64,000 bases of DNA, taken from Gemmatimonadaceae bacterium. GTDB lineage: Bacteria > Gemmatimonadota > Gemmatimonadetes > Gemmatimonadales > Gemmatimonadaceae. The stretch covers positions 544,001 to 608,000 of the forward strand of contig JBHYGA010000005.1 of assembly GCA_051859245.1 (NCBI GenBank), written 5' to 3'. The translations under genes and the position numbers were made by a program. The notes below the pieces were generated by a model. It was not told where the DNA came from, did not search any database, and was given only the letters and a program-made list of their open reading frames with translations. Shown piece after piece: positions 38,138 to 47,768 of the stretch. Every line of letters begins with the position of its first letter. Within the stretch, counting starts at the first letter, position 1.

Positions 38138-38638
38138 ATGGCTTCTACATATTCGTTCGACGTGACCACCGGTGTCGACCTCCAGGAGGTCGACAACGCC
38201 ATCAATCAGGCGCAAAAAGAAGTGGCGCAGCGCTACGACTTCAAAGGCTCCAAGGCGGCGGTGGAGTTCAAGCGCGCTGAGGCCCGTCTGGATCTCGTGG
38301 CCGACAGCGACTTTCAGATGCACCAGCTGTTCGACGTGGTGCAGACCAAGCTGATCAAGCGCGGAATTCCGGTCAAGAATCTGGATATCGGCGACATCAA
38401 ACCCGCCGGCGGTGACACCGTGAAGCGCGAGATCAAGCTTAAGACGGAACTCGATGGCGAGACGTCGAAGAAGGTCACAGCGGCGATCAAAGGCGCAAAG
38501 CTGAAAAAAGTGCAGGTGTCGATTCAGGGCGAGCAGGTGCGCGTGACGTCGCCTTCGAAAGACGATTTGCAGGAAGCGATTCAGTTCCTGCGCGGCGAAG
38601 ATTTTGGCGTCGAGTTGTTGTTCGGCAACTTCCGCTGA
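38138..38638 (+). CDS. yajQ: YajQ-family nucleotide/c-di-GMP-binding protein
   Basis: SFDV, QEVDNA, RYDFKGS, IQGEQVRV, DDLQ, FGNFR. Confidence 0.92.
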   Translation: MASTYSFDVTTGVDLQEVDNAINQAQKEVAQRYDFKGSKAAVEFKRAEARLDLVADSDFQMHQLFDVVQTKLIKRGIPVKNLDIGDIKPAGGDTVKREIKLKTELDGETSKKVTAAIKGAKLKKVQVSIQGEQVRVTSPSKDDLQEAIQFLRGEDFGVELLFGNFR

Positions 38639-38646
38639 GCCGCGGT

Positions 38647-40062
38647 ATGCGTTTCTCAGTCCTGACGCTCGGCTGTGACAAGAACACAGTCGACTCCGAA
38701 CGCTATCGCGCGGATCTCGTAGCCCATGGTGGTGAATCAGTTGACGATGCATCCGAAGCGGATGTCATCATCGTCAACACGTGCGGCTTCATTGACGCCG
38801 CGAAGAAAGAATCACTCGACACGATTCTCGAGGCGGCGCGCCTGAAAGATGACGGCACGGTACAAGCCGTCTTCGCCGTTGGCTGCATGGTGGAGCGCCA
38901 CAAGAGCGAGCTGCAGGAGGCGTTGCCTGAGGTGGATGTATTCCTCGGCACGAGCGAAGCGGATCAGCTGGTACCGGAACTCGTATCGCGTGGCCTGCTC
39001 TTTGGGTCGTTGGTTGAGCACCCCGGCGTGCGATTGTTCGCGGGAGATCAGCCGGCGGTGCGTTATCTCAAGGTGAGCGAAGGGTGTGATCACGGCTGCG
39101 CGTTCTGTGCGATTCCGCTCATGCGCGGAAAGCATCGTTCGTTTGCGCTTGATGATGTCGTGCGTGAAGCGCAGCTGCTCGAAATGCAGGGCGCGCGCGA
39201 AGTGAATCTTGTGGCGCAGGATCTGGCGCACTACGGCCGTGATCGTCGTGATGGCAACGGATTGCCGGAGTTGCTCGAGGCGTTGCTGCGTGAAACCACG
39301 TTGCCGTGGATCCGGCTGCTGTATTTGTATGGCGCCGGAATTACGCCGCGCTTGCTGCAGGTGATTGCCGATAATCCGCGCATCGTGCGCTACCTCGACA
39401 TGCCCATGCAGCACGGACATGACGCGGTGCTGGCGCGCATGCGTCGGCCAGAGCGCGCGCAGCTGCTGCGCGACAAAGTGGCGATGTACCGGCAGGTGGT
39501 GCCGGATCTTGCGATTCGCACTACGGTGATTGTTGGATTTCCGGGCGAGACCGACGAGGAGTTTGACGCGCTGTTCGCGTTACTCGAAGAACTGCGTTTT
39601 GATCGCGTTGGCGTGTTCACGTATTCGCCGCAGGAGGGCACCAAGGGTGCGCTGCTCGACGACAATGTGCCCGAGTCAACCAAGTTGGAACGCCAGGAGC
39701 GGCTCTACGAACTGCAGCGTGCGATTACCGCCGAGCAGTACGAACGTTTCCTCGGTCGCGATGCGTGCGTGTTAGTGCAGCGCGTGGACGAGACGGAAGG
39801 CTACGTGGAAGCACGTGCACCGTGGCAGGCCGATGATGTCGACGGAGTGGTGCACGTGGATGTACCACTCGACGTCGCGAAGGGGCTGACGGTGGGCAGC
39901 TTTTTGAATGTCACGATTGAAGATGTTGTGGACGACTATGATTTCAGCGCGATTTTTCTGAGCGTGGCTGAACGCGCGGAGCGGGCCAGCGACACCGTCG
40001 CGAAGGGCCGAGTGCTTCCGATCACCTTTCTGCCCAGCAGTGTTGGGAGCTTTGGCCGATGA
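38647..40062 (+). CDS. rimO: Ribosomal protein S12 methylthiotransferase
   Basis: LGCDKNTVDSE, NTCGFI..AKKES, radical SAM motif CDHGCAFC, TRAM region ADDVDG. Confidence 0.93.
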   Translation: MRFSVLTLGCDKNTVDSERYRADLVAHGGESVDDASEADVIIVNTCGFIDAAKKESLDTILEAARLKDDGTVQAVFAVGCMVERHKSELQEALPEVDVFLGTSEADQLVPELVSRGLLFGSLVEHPGVRLFAGDQPAVRYLKVSEGCDHGCAFCAIPLMRGKHRSFALDDVVREAQLLEMQGAREVNLVAQDLAHYGRDRRDGNGLPELLEALLRETTLPWIRLLYLYGAGITPRLLQVIADNPRIVRYLDMPMQHGHDAVLARMRRPERAQLLRDKVAMYRQVVPDLAIRTTVIVGFPGETDEEFDALFALLEELRFDRVGVFTYSPQEGTKGALLDDNVPESTKLERQERLYELQRAITAEQYERFLGRDACVLVQRVDETEGYVEARAPWQADDVDGVVHVDVPLDVAKGLTVGSFLNVTIEDVVDDYDFSAIFLSVAERAERASDTVAKGRVLPITFLPSSVGSFGR

Positions 40063-41393
40063 CCTCCACGTCGCTTCCCGATTCAATTGACGCGTTGTAC
40101 AACACAACACGTTCGCAGGAGATCATGGCGCGCTCGCGCACACGATTTCCGGGTGGTGTGAACTCACCGGTACGTGCGTTCGGTGGCGTGGGCGGCGAGC
40201 CGTTTGTCGTGGCACGCGGCAAGGGCGCGCGCATCTGGGATGTGGATGACAACGAGTACATCGACTACGTGCTCTCGTGGGGCCCGCTGGTGCTCGGCCA
40301 CGCGCCCGATGTGGTGCTTGAGGCGCTGCGCGACGTGATGCAGCACGGCACGAGCTTTGGTATCCCAACCGGTCTGGAGCTGGAGCTCGCGGAGAAAATC
40401 GCCGAACGCATGCCGCATCTTGAGATGATGCGGTTCGTTTCGAGCGGTACGGAAGCGGCCATGAGTGTTGCGCGGCTGGCGCGTGCTGTCACAGGGCGCG
40501 ATCACCTGCTCAAGTTCGAAGGGTGCTACCACGGTCATGCCGACAGCTTTCTGGTGAAAGCCGGATCGGGCGTGGCCACGCTCGGTTTGCCCAACTCGCC
40601 TGGCGTGCCAGACGCGTTGGCTCAACTCACGCTGACCTGCGCCTACAATGATCTCGAAGCGGTGGAGCGAATCGCGCGCAGCGTGCCTCTGGCCGCCATT
40701 TTGCTCGAGCCGATCGTTGGCAACGGTGGGTATATCGAGCCGGTGCCGGGCTTCATTGAGGGACTGCGGCGCATTGCTGACGAAACGGGCGCGTTGCTCG
40801 TCTTTGATGAAGTTATGACCGGCTTCCGCATTGCATTTGGTGGCGCGCGCGAGCGCTTTGGTGTGACCCCCGACCTGACCGCACTCGGCAAGGTGATTGG
40901 GGGCGGTTTGCCCGTGGCCGCATACGGCGGATCACGCGCGATCATGGAACGCATTGCGCCCACAGGTCCGGTGTATCAGGCGGGCACGCTGTCGGGTAAT
41001 CCGCTCGCCATGGCGGGAGGGCTCGCGACGCTTGGCGCGTTGACGCGTGACGTTCACGACAGCATCACCGCGCGCACCGGGCAGCTGGTTGACGGTCTGC
41101 GCGAAATGGCGTCGCGTCATGGCGTGCCGTTTCGTGCGTCGCACAGCGGCTCGATGTGGGGGTTCTTCTTCAAGGACGAACCCGTCACGAACTTCGACGA
41201 AGCCAAGACGTCGGACACGGCGCTGTTCAAGCGGTTCTTTCACGCCGCACGTGCGCGCGGCGTGTACCTCGCGCCGTCGGCGTTCGAAGCGGCGTTTATG
41301 TCGGCGGCCCACGGCGCGGCAGAAGTGGCGAGCACGCTCGAACGACTGGATGACGCGATGCGCGTGGCCACGTCCACCACATTGAGCGGGTGA
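40059..41393 (+). CDS. hemL: Glutamate-1-semialdehyde 2,1-aminomutase
   Basis: PGGVNSPVRAF, SSGTEA, GCYHGH, DEVMTGFR, GKVIGGG, YQAGTLSGNP, PSAFEA. Confidence 0.95.
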   Translation: MTSTSLPDSIDALYNTTRSQEIMARSRTRFPGGVNSPVRAFGGVGGEPFVVARGKGARIWDVDDNEYIDYVLSWGPLVLGHAPDVVLEALRDVMQHGTSFGIPTGLELELAEKIAERMPHLEMMRFVSSGTEAAMSVARLARAVTGRDHLLKFEGCYHGHADSFLVKAGSGVATLGLPNSPGVPDALAQLTLTCAYNDLEAVERIARSVPLAAILLEPIVGNGGYIEPVPGFIEGLRRIADETGALLVFDEVMTGFRIAFGGARERFGVTPDLTALGKVIGGGLPVAAYGGSRAIMERIAPTGPVYQAGTLSGNPLAMAGGLATLGALTRDVHDSITARTGQLVDGLREMASRHGVPFRASHSGSMWGFFFKDEPVTNFDEAKTSDTALFKRFFHAARARGVYLAPSAFEAAFMSAAHGAAEVASTLERLDDAMRVATSTTLSG

Positions 41394-41394
41394 C

Positions 41395-42720
41395 ATGATT
41401 CGCCGCGCACGCGCGCTGATGGCCGCAGTCCTTGGCCTCTCGGCTGTGGTTGCGGCGTCCTGCACGCCACGCGCGGCGCTGGATCAGCGCGCGGCGGCTC
41501 CCGACGCCGCGCCAGTGGTGTCGGATTCTGCGGCCGCCATTCTCGATGTGGGTGATCGTGTGGCCTGGATCGCGCTTGCGGGCGCACTCGAGACCGCGTC
41601 GATCTCGGCGGTCGGCGCGTTCGAGGTGCTTGAGCAGGGTGGCAAACGCTCGTTGGTGCGTGGCGTTGGTGGCGAAGCATGGCGCGTGGAGCAGCGCGGG
41701 CAGACGCTCCGCGTTGCGGGATCGCGTGGTGACGCCACACCGTGGCGCGCCGGACCGCTTGTCGTGCGCACACGCGATGTGCGGTCTGTTGTGCAGCACG
41801 AGAATCGGCGCTATCGCGGCGAACTCTGGATTTCGGTGACCGATACCGGACTGCTCGTGGTCAATCGTGTGCCCGTCGAAGACTATTTGCGCGGCGTGGT
41901 TCCGCTTGAGCTGGGCACACGCAATCCGATTGACGCCGCCGCGCTGCAGGCGCAGGCCGTGGCGGCCCGCAGTTACACGTACATGCGTGTGCCGGCGCAG
42001 GAGGTGGTGCCGGCCAGTGGGTACCACATGACGGCCACCGTGCTGCATCAGGTGTATGGCGGGCAGGCCGTGGAGCACGCCGTGGTGGACCAGGCAATCG
42101 CGGCCACCAGCGGCCTGGTATTGCGCTATAACGGCGCCGTGGTGGACGGTCCGTACTCCTCGAGCTGCGGAGGGCGATCGGCGCTGCCAAGCGAGGTGTG
42201 GCGAGGGGGGCACGACCATGGCTACCTCAAGAGCGTGAGCGACACCGACCGCACCACCGGCCGAGCCTACTGCGACATTTCTCCGCGACACGCGTGGGCC
42301 GCAACGTTCGATGAGCCGTTGCTGCGACAGGCGATTGTGCGCCATCTGGGAGCGCGCGGCTCGAGCGGCACCACTGCGCCGCAGGTGGCGGCCGTGAGCG
42401 TTGGCACACGCACGCCGAGCGGTCGTGTGGGCACGCTCGTGGTGCGCACGGACCGCGGCACGGTGACGCTCAACGGTCACGATATTCGCAACGCGTTTCG
42501 CGATGCGCGTGGCGCGATTTTGTCCAGCACGTATTTTGATGTAGACAAACAAACGCGAGTTGGCGAGCGGGTGTCCGCGGTGGTCCTGCGTGGGGCCGGA
42601 AACGGACATGGGGTGGGGATGTGCCAGTGGGGGGCGATCGGTCGTGCGCGGGCAGGCCACGATGTGCGGGCGATCTTGCGCCACTATTATCCCGGAACCG
42701 TCGTCGGCTTCGCTGAATGA
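41395..42720 (+). CDS. SpoIID/LytB-domain lipoprotein (lytic transglycosylase-like)
   Basis: Lipobox VAASC, EDYLRGVVPLE, AQAVAARSY, QVYGG, GHGVGMCQWGA, ILRHYYPG. Confidence 0.9.
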   Translation: MIRRARALMAAVLGLSAVVAASCTPRAALDQRAAAPDAAPVVSDSAAAILDVGDRVAWIALAGALETASISAVGAFEVLEQGGKRSLVRGVGGEAWRVEQRGQTLRVAGSRGDATPWRAGPLVVRTRDVRSVVQHENRRYRGELWISVTDTGLLVVNRVPVEDYLRGVVPLELGTRNPIDAAALQAQAVAARSYTYMRVPAQEVVPASGYHMTATVLHQVYGGQAVEHAVVDQAIAATSGLVLRYNGAVVDGPYSSSCGGRSALPSEVWRGGHDHGYLKSVSDTDRTTGRAYCDISPRHAWAATFDEPLLRQAIVRHLGARGSSGTTAPQVAAVSVGTRTPSGRVGTLVVRTDRGTVTLNGHDIRNAFRDARGAILSSTYFDVDKQTRVGERVSAVVLRGAGNGHGVGMCQWGAIGRARAGHDVRAILRHYYPGTVVGFAE

Positions 42721-42768
42721 CCGACTGGCGATCGTCGATCGCCATGTGACGTGACTTTCGGAGGCGGA

Positions 42769-43773
42769 ATGAAGGACGCGGTGCGCATCGCAGTGGTAGG
42801 AACGGGCGCTATCGCCCAGCTCACGCACATTCCTGTGCTGTCGAAGATGAAGGGTGCACAGCTGGTGGCGCTGTGCGACAACGACGGCCCCAAAGCGCGC
42901 GCGTTGGCGGATCGCTTTGATATTCCCGACGTCTTCACCGACTTCGAGGAGTTGCTCGACTCCGACGTACTGGATGCCGTCGTGATTGCGACGCCCAATC
43001 ACCTGCACGAACCGCACGTGCTGAGTGCGTTGCGTAAAAAGTTGCACGTGCTCGTGGAGCGTCCGCTCGCGTTGACGGTGCGAGGGCTGGAGCGCTGCCT
43101 TGCGGCTGCTACCAAACACGATCTCGTGCTGCAGGTGGCGCACAATCATCGCTTCCGCTCCGATGTGCAGGCGCTGTCGCAGTTTCTGCGCAACGGCGAA
43201 CTCGGTGCACTGACGTCGGTGCGCGCCGGTGCGCTGCAGGTGGAGCGTCCCGGAGATGGCTGGCGCGGACGCAAGACGGAAGCGGGCGGCGGTGTGTTTC
43301 TCGATCAGGGTTTTCCGCTGCTCGATCTGGCACTGTGGCTGGCCGATTTTCCGGCGCCGGTTCGCATCAGCGCGCAGTCTCGGAAAGGCAAGGGTGCCAA
43401 TGCCACCGAAGTGGCGATGCAGCTCTTTCTTGAGTGCGAAGGTGGGATCAGTCTGATCCTCGATGTGTCATGGGCCTACGTGGGCGAAGAAGATCGCTGG
43501 TGGTTCGAAGTGCACGGAAGCAAAGGCTCTGGTCGATTGGCGCCGCTGCGTGTGGTCAAGGACATCAACGGTCGTCATGTGAACGTGTCGCCGTCGGGTG
43601 CAGCGGCGCGCGAGAGTCCGTTTCTGCAGAGTTACCGCGCCGAGCTCGCGCACTTCATTGCGATGGTGCAGGGTGACGTGCCGCGCAAGCTGCCGACCGA
43701 ACAACTCATTGTGCATCGCGTGCTTGATGCGGCGTACAAGGCGGCGGAAGACGGTCGCGAGGTGCGGTTCTGA
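42769..43773 (+). CDS. Gfo/Idh/MocA-family oxidoreductase
   Basis: VVGTGAIA, IATPNHLH, HVLVERP, GGGVFLD. Confidence 0.88.
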   Translation: MKDAVRIAVVGTGAIAQLTHIPVLSKMKGAQLVALCDNDGPKARALADRFDIPDVFTDFEELLDSDVLDAVVIATPNHLHEPHVLSALRKKLHVLVERPLALTVRGLERCLAAATKHDLVLQVAHNHRFRSDVQALSQFLRNGELGALTSVRAGALQVERPGDGWRGRKTEAGGGVFLDQGFPLLDLALWLADFPAPVRISAQSRKGKGANATEVAMQLFLECEGGISLILDVSWAYVGEEDRWWFEVHGSKGSGRLAPLRVVKDINGRHVNVSPSGAAARESPFLQSYRAELAHFIAMVQGDVPRKLPTEQLIVHRVLDAAYKAAEDGREVRF

Positions 43774-43793
43774 GGCACCGGGTTCGCGCCGCG

Positions 43794-45095
43794 TTGTGGG
43801 GAGCATGTCTGACGATCGCCACGCTCCTCGCACCGCGCCTGCACGCGCAACCGCCGCTTCCCGGCGTGGATGCCGCGCTTGATGCAGTGCGTGCGGAACG
43901 CGGTGCGGCGCTTGAGATTTCGGTGCTGACGTTGGCCAATGGCGAGGTCATATGGGAGCGCTTTGGGCACAACGCGTTGATCGTGTCCAATCGCGAAACC
44001 GGCGAGCGACTGGCCTACAATTGGGGCATGTTCGACTTTGACCAGCCCAACTTTCTGACCCGCTTTCTCACCGGCGACACGCGCTATTGGCTGGCCGTAT
44101 TCTATGCAGACGACATGTTCCGCCAGTCGGTGCAAGAGGACCGCTCGGCGCGCTTGCAAGTCCTCGATCTGACCAACGTGCAAAAGGCCGCGCTTGCGGA
44201 GTTCGTGTCCTGGCAGTCGCTCGAAGAGAATCGGTATTACCGATACGACTACTACCTCGACAACTGCTCCACTCGGGTGCGCGACGCAATCGATCGCGTG
44301 CTCGGCGGTGCGCTGGCCACGCAACTCGCGAACGTGCCAGAGTCATTTACCACTTGGCGTGAGCAGACGGCTCGTGCAACCGATGGCGATTGGCCACCGT
44401 ACGCCGGCATTCACGTGGCACTCGGTCGCAACGCGGACAAACCGCTCACTCGCTGGAATGAGAGCTTCATGCCCGGGTTGCTCGCGAATCATCTCACCAC
44501 GATTCGCGTGACCGACGAAAACGGCGTGGAGCGCTCGCTGGTCGCGAGAGACAGCGTGATCTACACGGCCAAGCGTGCACCGCTGCCGGAGCGCGCACCG
44601 TTTCGGGGATTCGCCGCGATGGTGATCGGCGCGATCGCAGGCGGATTGATTTTTGCGCTGGGCACATTGATGGCTCGTGGCAATCGCGTCGCGCTTTATG
44701 CGCTGCGCAGCGTGGCCACGCTGTGGTACCTGCTTACCGGCGTGCTCGGCACGGCACTGTTGCTCGCCGGCACAGTGACCAAACATGCGCCGTACATGGG
44801 CAGCAACGGTTCGCTGTTTCAGGTGCATCCGTTGTTGCTGCTGCTCGCGTGCCTGGCGCCCTTCGCTGCGGGGAGCGGAAACGCGGCGCGCAACTTCTCG
44901 CGTCTCGCGTTGATCATCGCGGCGCTCGCGTTGCTCGGCTTTCTGCTCCAGGTGACGGTGCTCGCGCAGGATTCGGGGCTCGTCACGTCGGTCACGCTCC
45001 CCATTCATATCGCACTCGCAGGCGTGCTCGCGCGACGGTTCGGCGGCGGCGCGCCGCGACCCGCCGCTCCCGCTGCCGTGGCCGTTGCTGCCTGA
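43794..45095 (+). CDS. DUF4105 / Lnb-like (lipoprotein N-acyltransferase-like) membrane protein
   Basis: ERFGHNAL, YNWGMFDF, YRYDYYLDNCSTRVRD, C-terminal TM helices. Confidence 0.78.
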   Translation: MWGACLTIATLLAPRLHAQPPLPGVDAALDAVRAERGAALEISVLTLANGEVIWERFGHNALIVSNRETGERLAYNWGMFDFDQPNFLTRFLTGDTRYWLAVFYADDMFRQSVQEDRSARLQVLDLTNVQKAALAEFVSWQSLEENRYYRYDYYLDNCSTRVRDAIDRVLGGALATQLANVPESFTTWREQTARATDGDWPPYAGIHVALGRNADKPLTRWNESFMPGLLANHLTTIRVTDENGVERSLVARDSVIYTAKRAPLPERAPFRGFAAMVIGAIAGGLIFALGTLMARGNRVALYALRSVATLWYLLTGVLGTALLLAGTVTKHAPYMGSNGSLFQVHPLLLLLACLAPFAAGSGNAARNFSRLALIIAALALLGFLLQVTVLAQDSGLVTSVTLPIHIALAGVLARRFGGGAPRPAAPAAVAVAA

Positions 45096-47112
45096 CACCA
45101 CGCCGGCCGTGACACACGCTGCGCAGGGCGCGAGCATCAGTGTTGGTGTCGACGTAGGCGGCACCTTCACCGATCTCGTGGCCGTTGGCACTGACGGCCA
45201 TGTGCGTGCATCCAAGGTGCTCACCACACCGGCTGATCGCGCGCTTGGCGTGGTACGCGCCGTGGAACACGCCGCGCTCGACAGCGCGTCGGTGGAGCGC
45301 TTTGTACACGGCACCACGGTGGTCACCAACCTGCTGCTCGAACGCGCAGGTACCCGTGTGGTGTTGCTGGCCACCGACGGCTTCACGGATCTGCTGTGGC
45401 TCCGTCGACAGGAACGCGCGTCACTGTACGATCTCACGCGCGATCACGCCGAACCTCTCCTTGAGCATGCGGATGTGATCGGCGTTCGTGAACGAGTTGC
45501 ACCAAGCTGGTTCGATGGTGAGCACAAGCGAGACGCCCCCGAGGGCATTGAGGTGTTGCACGCGCTTACCCACGATGAGATCGAACGTGTGGTGTCGCAC
45601 GCGCGCCAGAGTGGTGCGATGGCGTTTGCGGTGGTGCTGTTGCACGCGCACGTATTCCCGGAGCACGAGGCACGGCTTGGGCGCGCGCTGCGCGCGGCGT
45701 GCCCGGAGGCAACGGTTGCGCTGTCGCACGAGGTGCTGCCGGAGATTCGGGAGTATGAGCGCACGGCCACAACCGTTGCCGAAGCGTATGCGCGCCCCGC
45801 GGTGGCGAGGTACATGCATCGACTCACCGACGCGCTTGCGGCTCGCGGACTTCCGGCACCGCGGGTGATGACCTCCGCCGGTGGCACGCTCGCCGCCAGC
45901 GACGCCGCGCTGCACGCCGCGTCGCTTGCCCTCTCGGGGCCCGCAGGCGGCATCACCGCCGCTGCGGCGTTGTGCCGAGGTCTCGGTGTGCAGGATGCGC
46001 TCACGATCGATATTGGTGGCACGTCGGCCGATGTCGGTTTGATTGTCGACGGTGAGCCGCTCGTGGAACGCGGCGGTGTGCTCGCGGGTGTGCCGATCGC
46101 GTTGCCTCGTGTGTTGGTGGAAACTGTAGCTGCAGGCGGTGGCAGCATCGCGCGCGTTGATGCGGGCGGCGCATTGCACGCTGGGCCGGAGAGCGCGGGC
46201 GCTGATCCAGGTCCGGCGTGTTACGCGCACGGTGGTACCAGAGCCACCGTTACCGACGCGCATGTAGTGCTCGGGCATATCGCGGCGGGTACGTGGAGTA
46301 GCGCCGTAACCATCGATGCATTGCGTGCGCACGCTGCACTGGAGAGCGTCGCGGCAGCACTGCAGCGATCCGTCCCCGACACGGCGCGTGCGCTGATTGC
46401 GACTGCCGACGCCACCATGGCGCGTGCGCTACGTCGCGTGAGTGTGGAGCGCGGTCGTGATCCGCGAGACATGGTACTGGTGGCGTTTGGCGGCGGTGGT
46501 CCCTTGCACGCGTGTGGTCTGGCCGATTCGCTGGGCATGACGCGCGTGTTCATTCCGCCGTTCGCGGGTGTGCTGAGTGCGCTTGGCCTGGCGCTTGCAC
46601 CGGAACGACGCGACGGTGTGTCGAGCATCATGCAGCGCAGTGATGTGTTGCACGATGATGCGCTGCAGCACGCGAGAGTGGCGCTGGTGAACCAGTTGCG
46701 TGAAGGACGCGATGCGTTGAGCGATCGCGCGTGGGCACGCGTGCGATATCTTGGCCAGGGCCATGAGCTGGAGGTGCCGTTGTTTCACACCGACACGGTG
46801 ACCATGCTCATCGAACGTTTTCACGAACTGCATCAGGCGCGATTTGGTTTTGTGCTCGATCGGGTGCCTGAGGTGGTTGGGCTGCGCGCCACGCTTGAAG
46901 GTGCGTGGTGGCCGGTGCGTGTGCAGCGCGAGGCACGCGACGATACGCCGGCGTTCACCGGCGTTGACGATGGCTTTGCGCTCGAGGTGACGCGTGAAGG
47001 CCCGTGCACGGTGCGCTTGCCCGACGCAACGCTTCGCGTGGCGATTGGATGGCGTGCCAAAAGCCTGATGTCGGGCGGCTGGTGGATGGAGCGTATCGAG
47101 GTGAGTGCATGA
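45085..47112 (+). CDS. Hydantoinase A / 5-oxoprolinase ATP-binding subunit
   Basis: GVDVGGTFTD, HGTTVVTN, EYERTATT, SGPAGG, DIGGTSAD, AGGGSIA, GADPGPACY, FGGGGPLH. Confidence 0.92.
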   Translation: MLPDTTPAVTHAAQGASISVGVDVGGTFTDLVAVGTDGHVRASKVLTTPADRALGVVRAVEHAALDSASVERFVHGTTVVTNLLLERAGTRVVLLATDGFTDLLWLRRQERASLYDLTRDHAEPLLEHADVIGVRERVAPSWFDGEHKRDAPEGIEVLHALTHDEIERVVSHARQSGAMAFAVVLLHAHVFPEHEARLGRALRAACPEATVALSHEVLPEIREYERTATTVAEAYARPAVARYMHRLTDALAARGLPAPRVMTSAGGTLAASDAALHAASLALSGPAGGITAAAALCRGLGVQDALTIDIGGTSADVGLIVDGEPLVERGGVLAGVPIALPRVLVETVAAGGGSIARVDAGGALHAGPESAGADPGPACYAHGGTRATVTDAHVVLGHIAAGTWSSAVTIDALRAHAALESVAAALQRSVPDTARALIATADATMARALRRVSVERGRDPRDMVLVAFGGGGPLHACGLADSLGMTRVFIPPFAGVLSALGLALAPERRDGVSSIMQRSDVLHDDALQHARVALVNQLREGRDALSDRAWARVRYLGQGHELEVPLFHTDTVTMLIERFHELHQARFGFVLDRVPEVVGLRATLEGAWWPVRVQREARDDTPAFTGVDDGFALEVTREGPCTVRLPDATLRVAIGWRAKSLMSGGWWMERIEVSA

Positions 47113-47768
47113 CGCCGCGCGTTGCTGTAAGCGATTCGAACGCGCGGATAATTGGCGCGCCAGTCGCGCCGTGCTTTCCTGAAGACGGACCAGTGTTTGC
47201 GCTCTGCATTGGCGAGGCACCAGGGCCACGCGGCGCGGACAAGAGTGGCGTGCCGTTCTTTGGTGATCGCGCTGGAAGTCCACTCTATCGGGCGCTGGTA
47301 GCAGCAGACGCGTGTACGCTGCCGGAGCTGGTGTCCACACTGCCGTGGGACGGTGCGCGTTTTGCCGAGCACCATCTCAAACCAGTGCTTCGTGGTGTCG
47401 CCCTTGGCAATGCGTTTGATCGCTGTCCAACCGATGACGGCAAGAAGTTTCGCGCACCATCGCGAGCCGAACTTGAGTCTGCCGAGAACGTGCGCCGCCT
47501 CGCGAATGATGTGAATCATGCGCGATCACGCGGGCTGCAGACGATCATCGCGCTTGGCAGTGTGGCGTCGCGTGTAATGGGAATACTCGTGTCGTCACAC
47601 GCGAGCGAGTGGCCCGGGCTCAGCGTGCAATCGGTGCCGCACCCGAGCGCGCAGGGGCTGTTGTCCGCGGCGCCGGATCGTGGACGCGGCGCGCGTCTCG
47701 CGGATCTTGCCGCTGCCTGGGAACGTGATATTGCAGCTCGCATTGTCGCGTCGAGAGGTGGCATGTGA
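47109..47768 (+). CDS. Uracil-DNA glycosylase superfamily protein
   Basis: Motif [36 protein letters not shown], motif B HPS; overlaps both neighbours by 4 bp. Confidence 0.78.
   Translation: MTPRVAVSDSNARIIGAPVAPCFPEDGPVFALCIGEAPGPRGADKSGVPFFGDRAGSPLYRALVAADACTLPELVSTLPWDGARFAEHHLKPVLRGVALGNAFDRCPTDDGKKFRAPSRAELESAENVRRLANDVNHARSRGLQTIIALGSVASRVMGILVSSHASEWPGLSVQSVPHPSAQGLLSAAPDRGRGARLADLAAAWERDIAARIVASRGGM

Noticed and set aside
41296..43149. 617-aa antisense ORF and similar long shadow ORFs (e.g. 3434..4810, 11455..12597, 25510..26706)
   Set aside because: Expected in high-GC DNA opposite or out of frame with well-supported genes; no domain motifs
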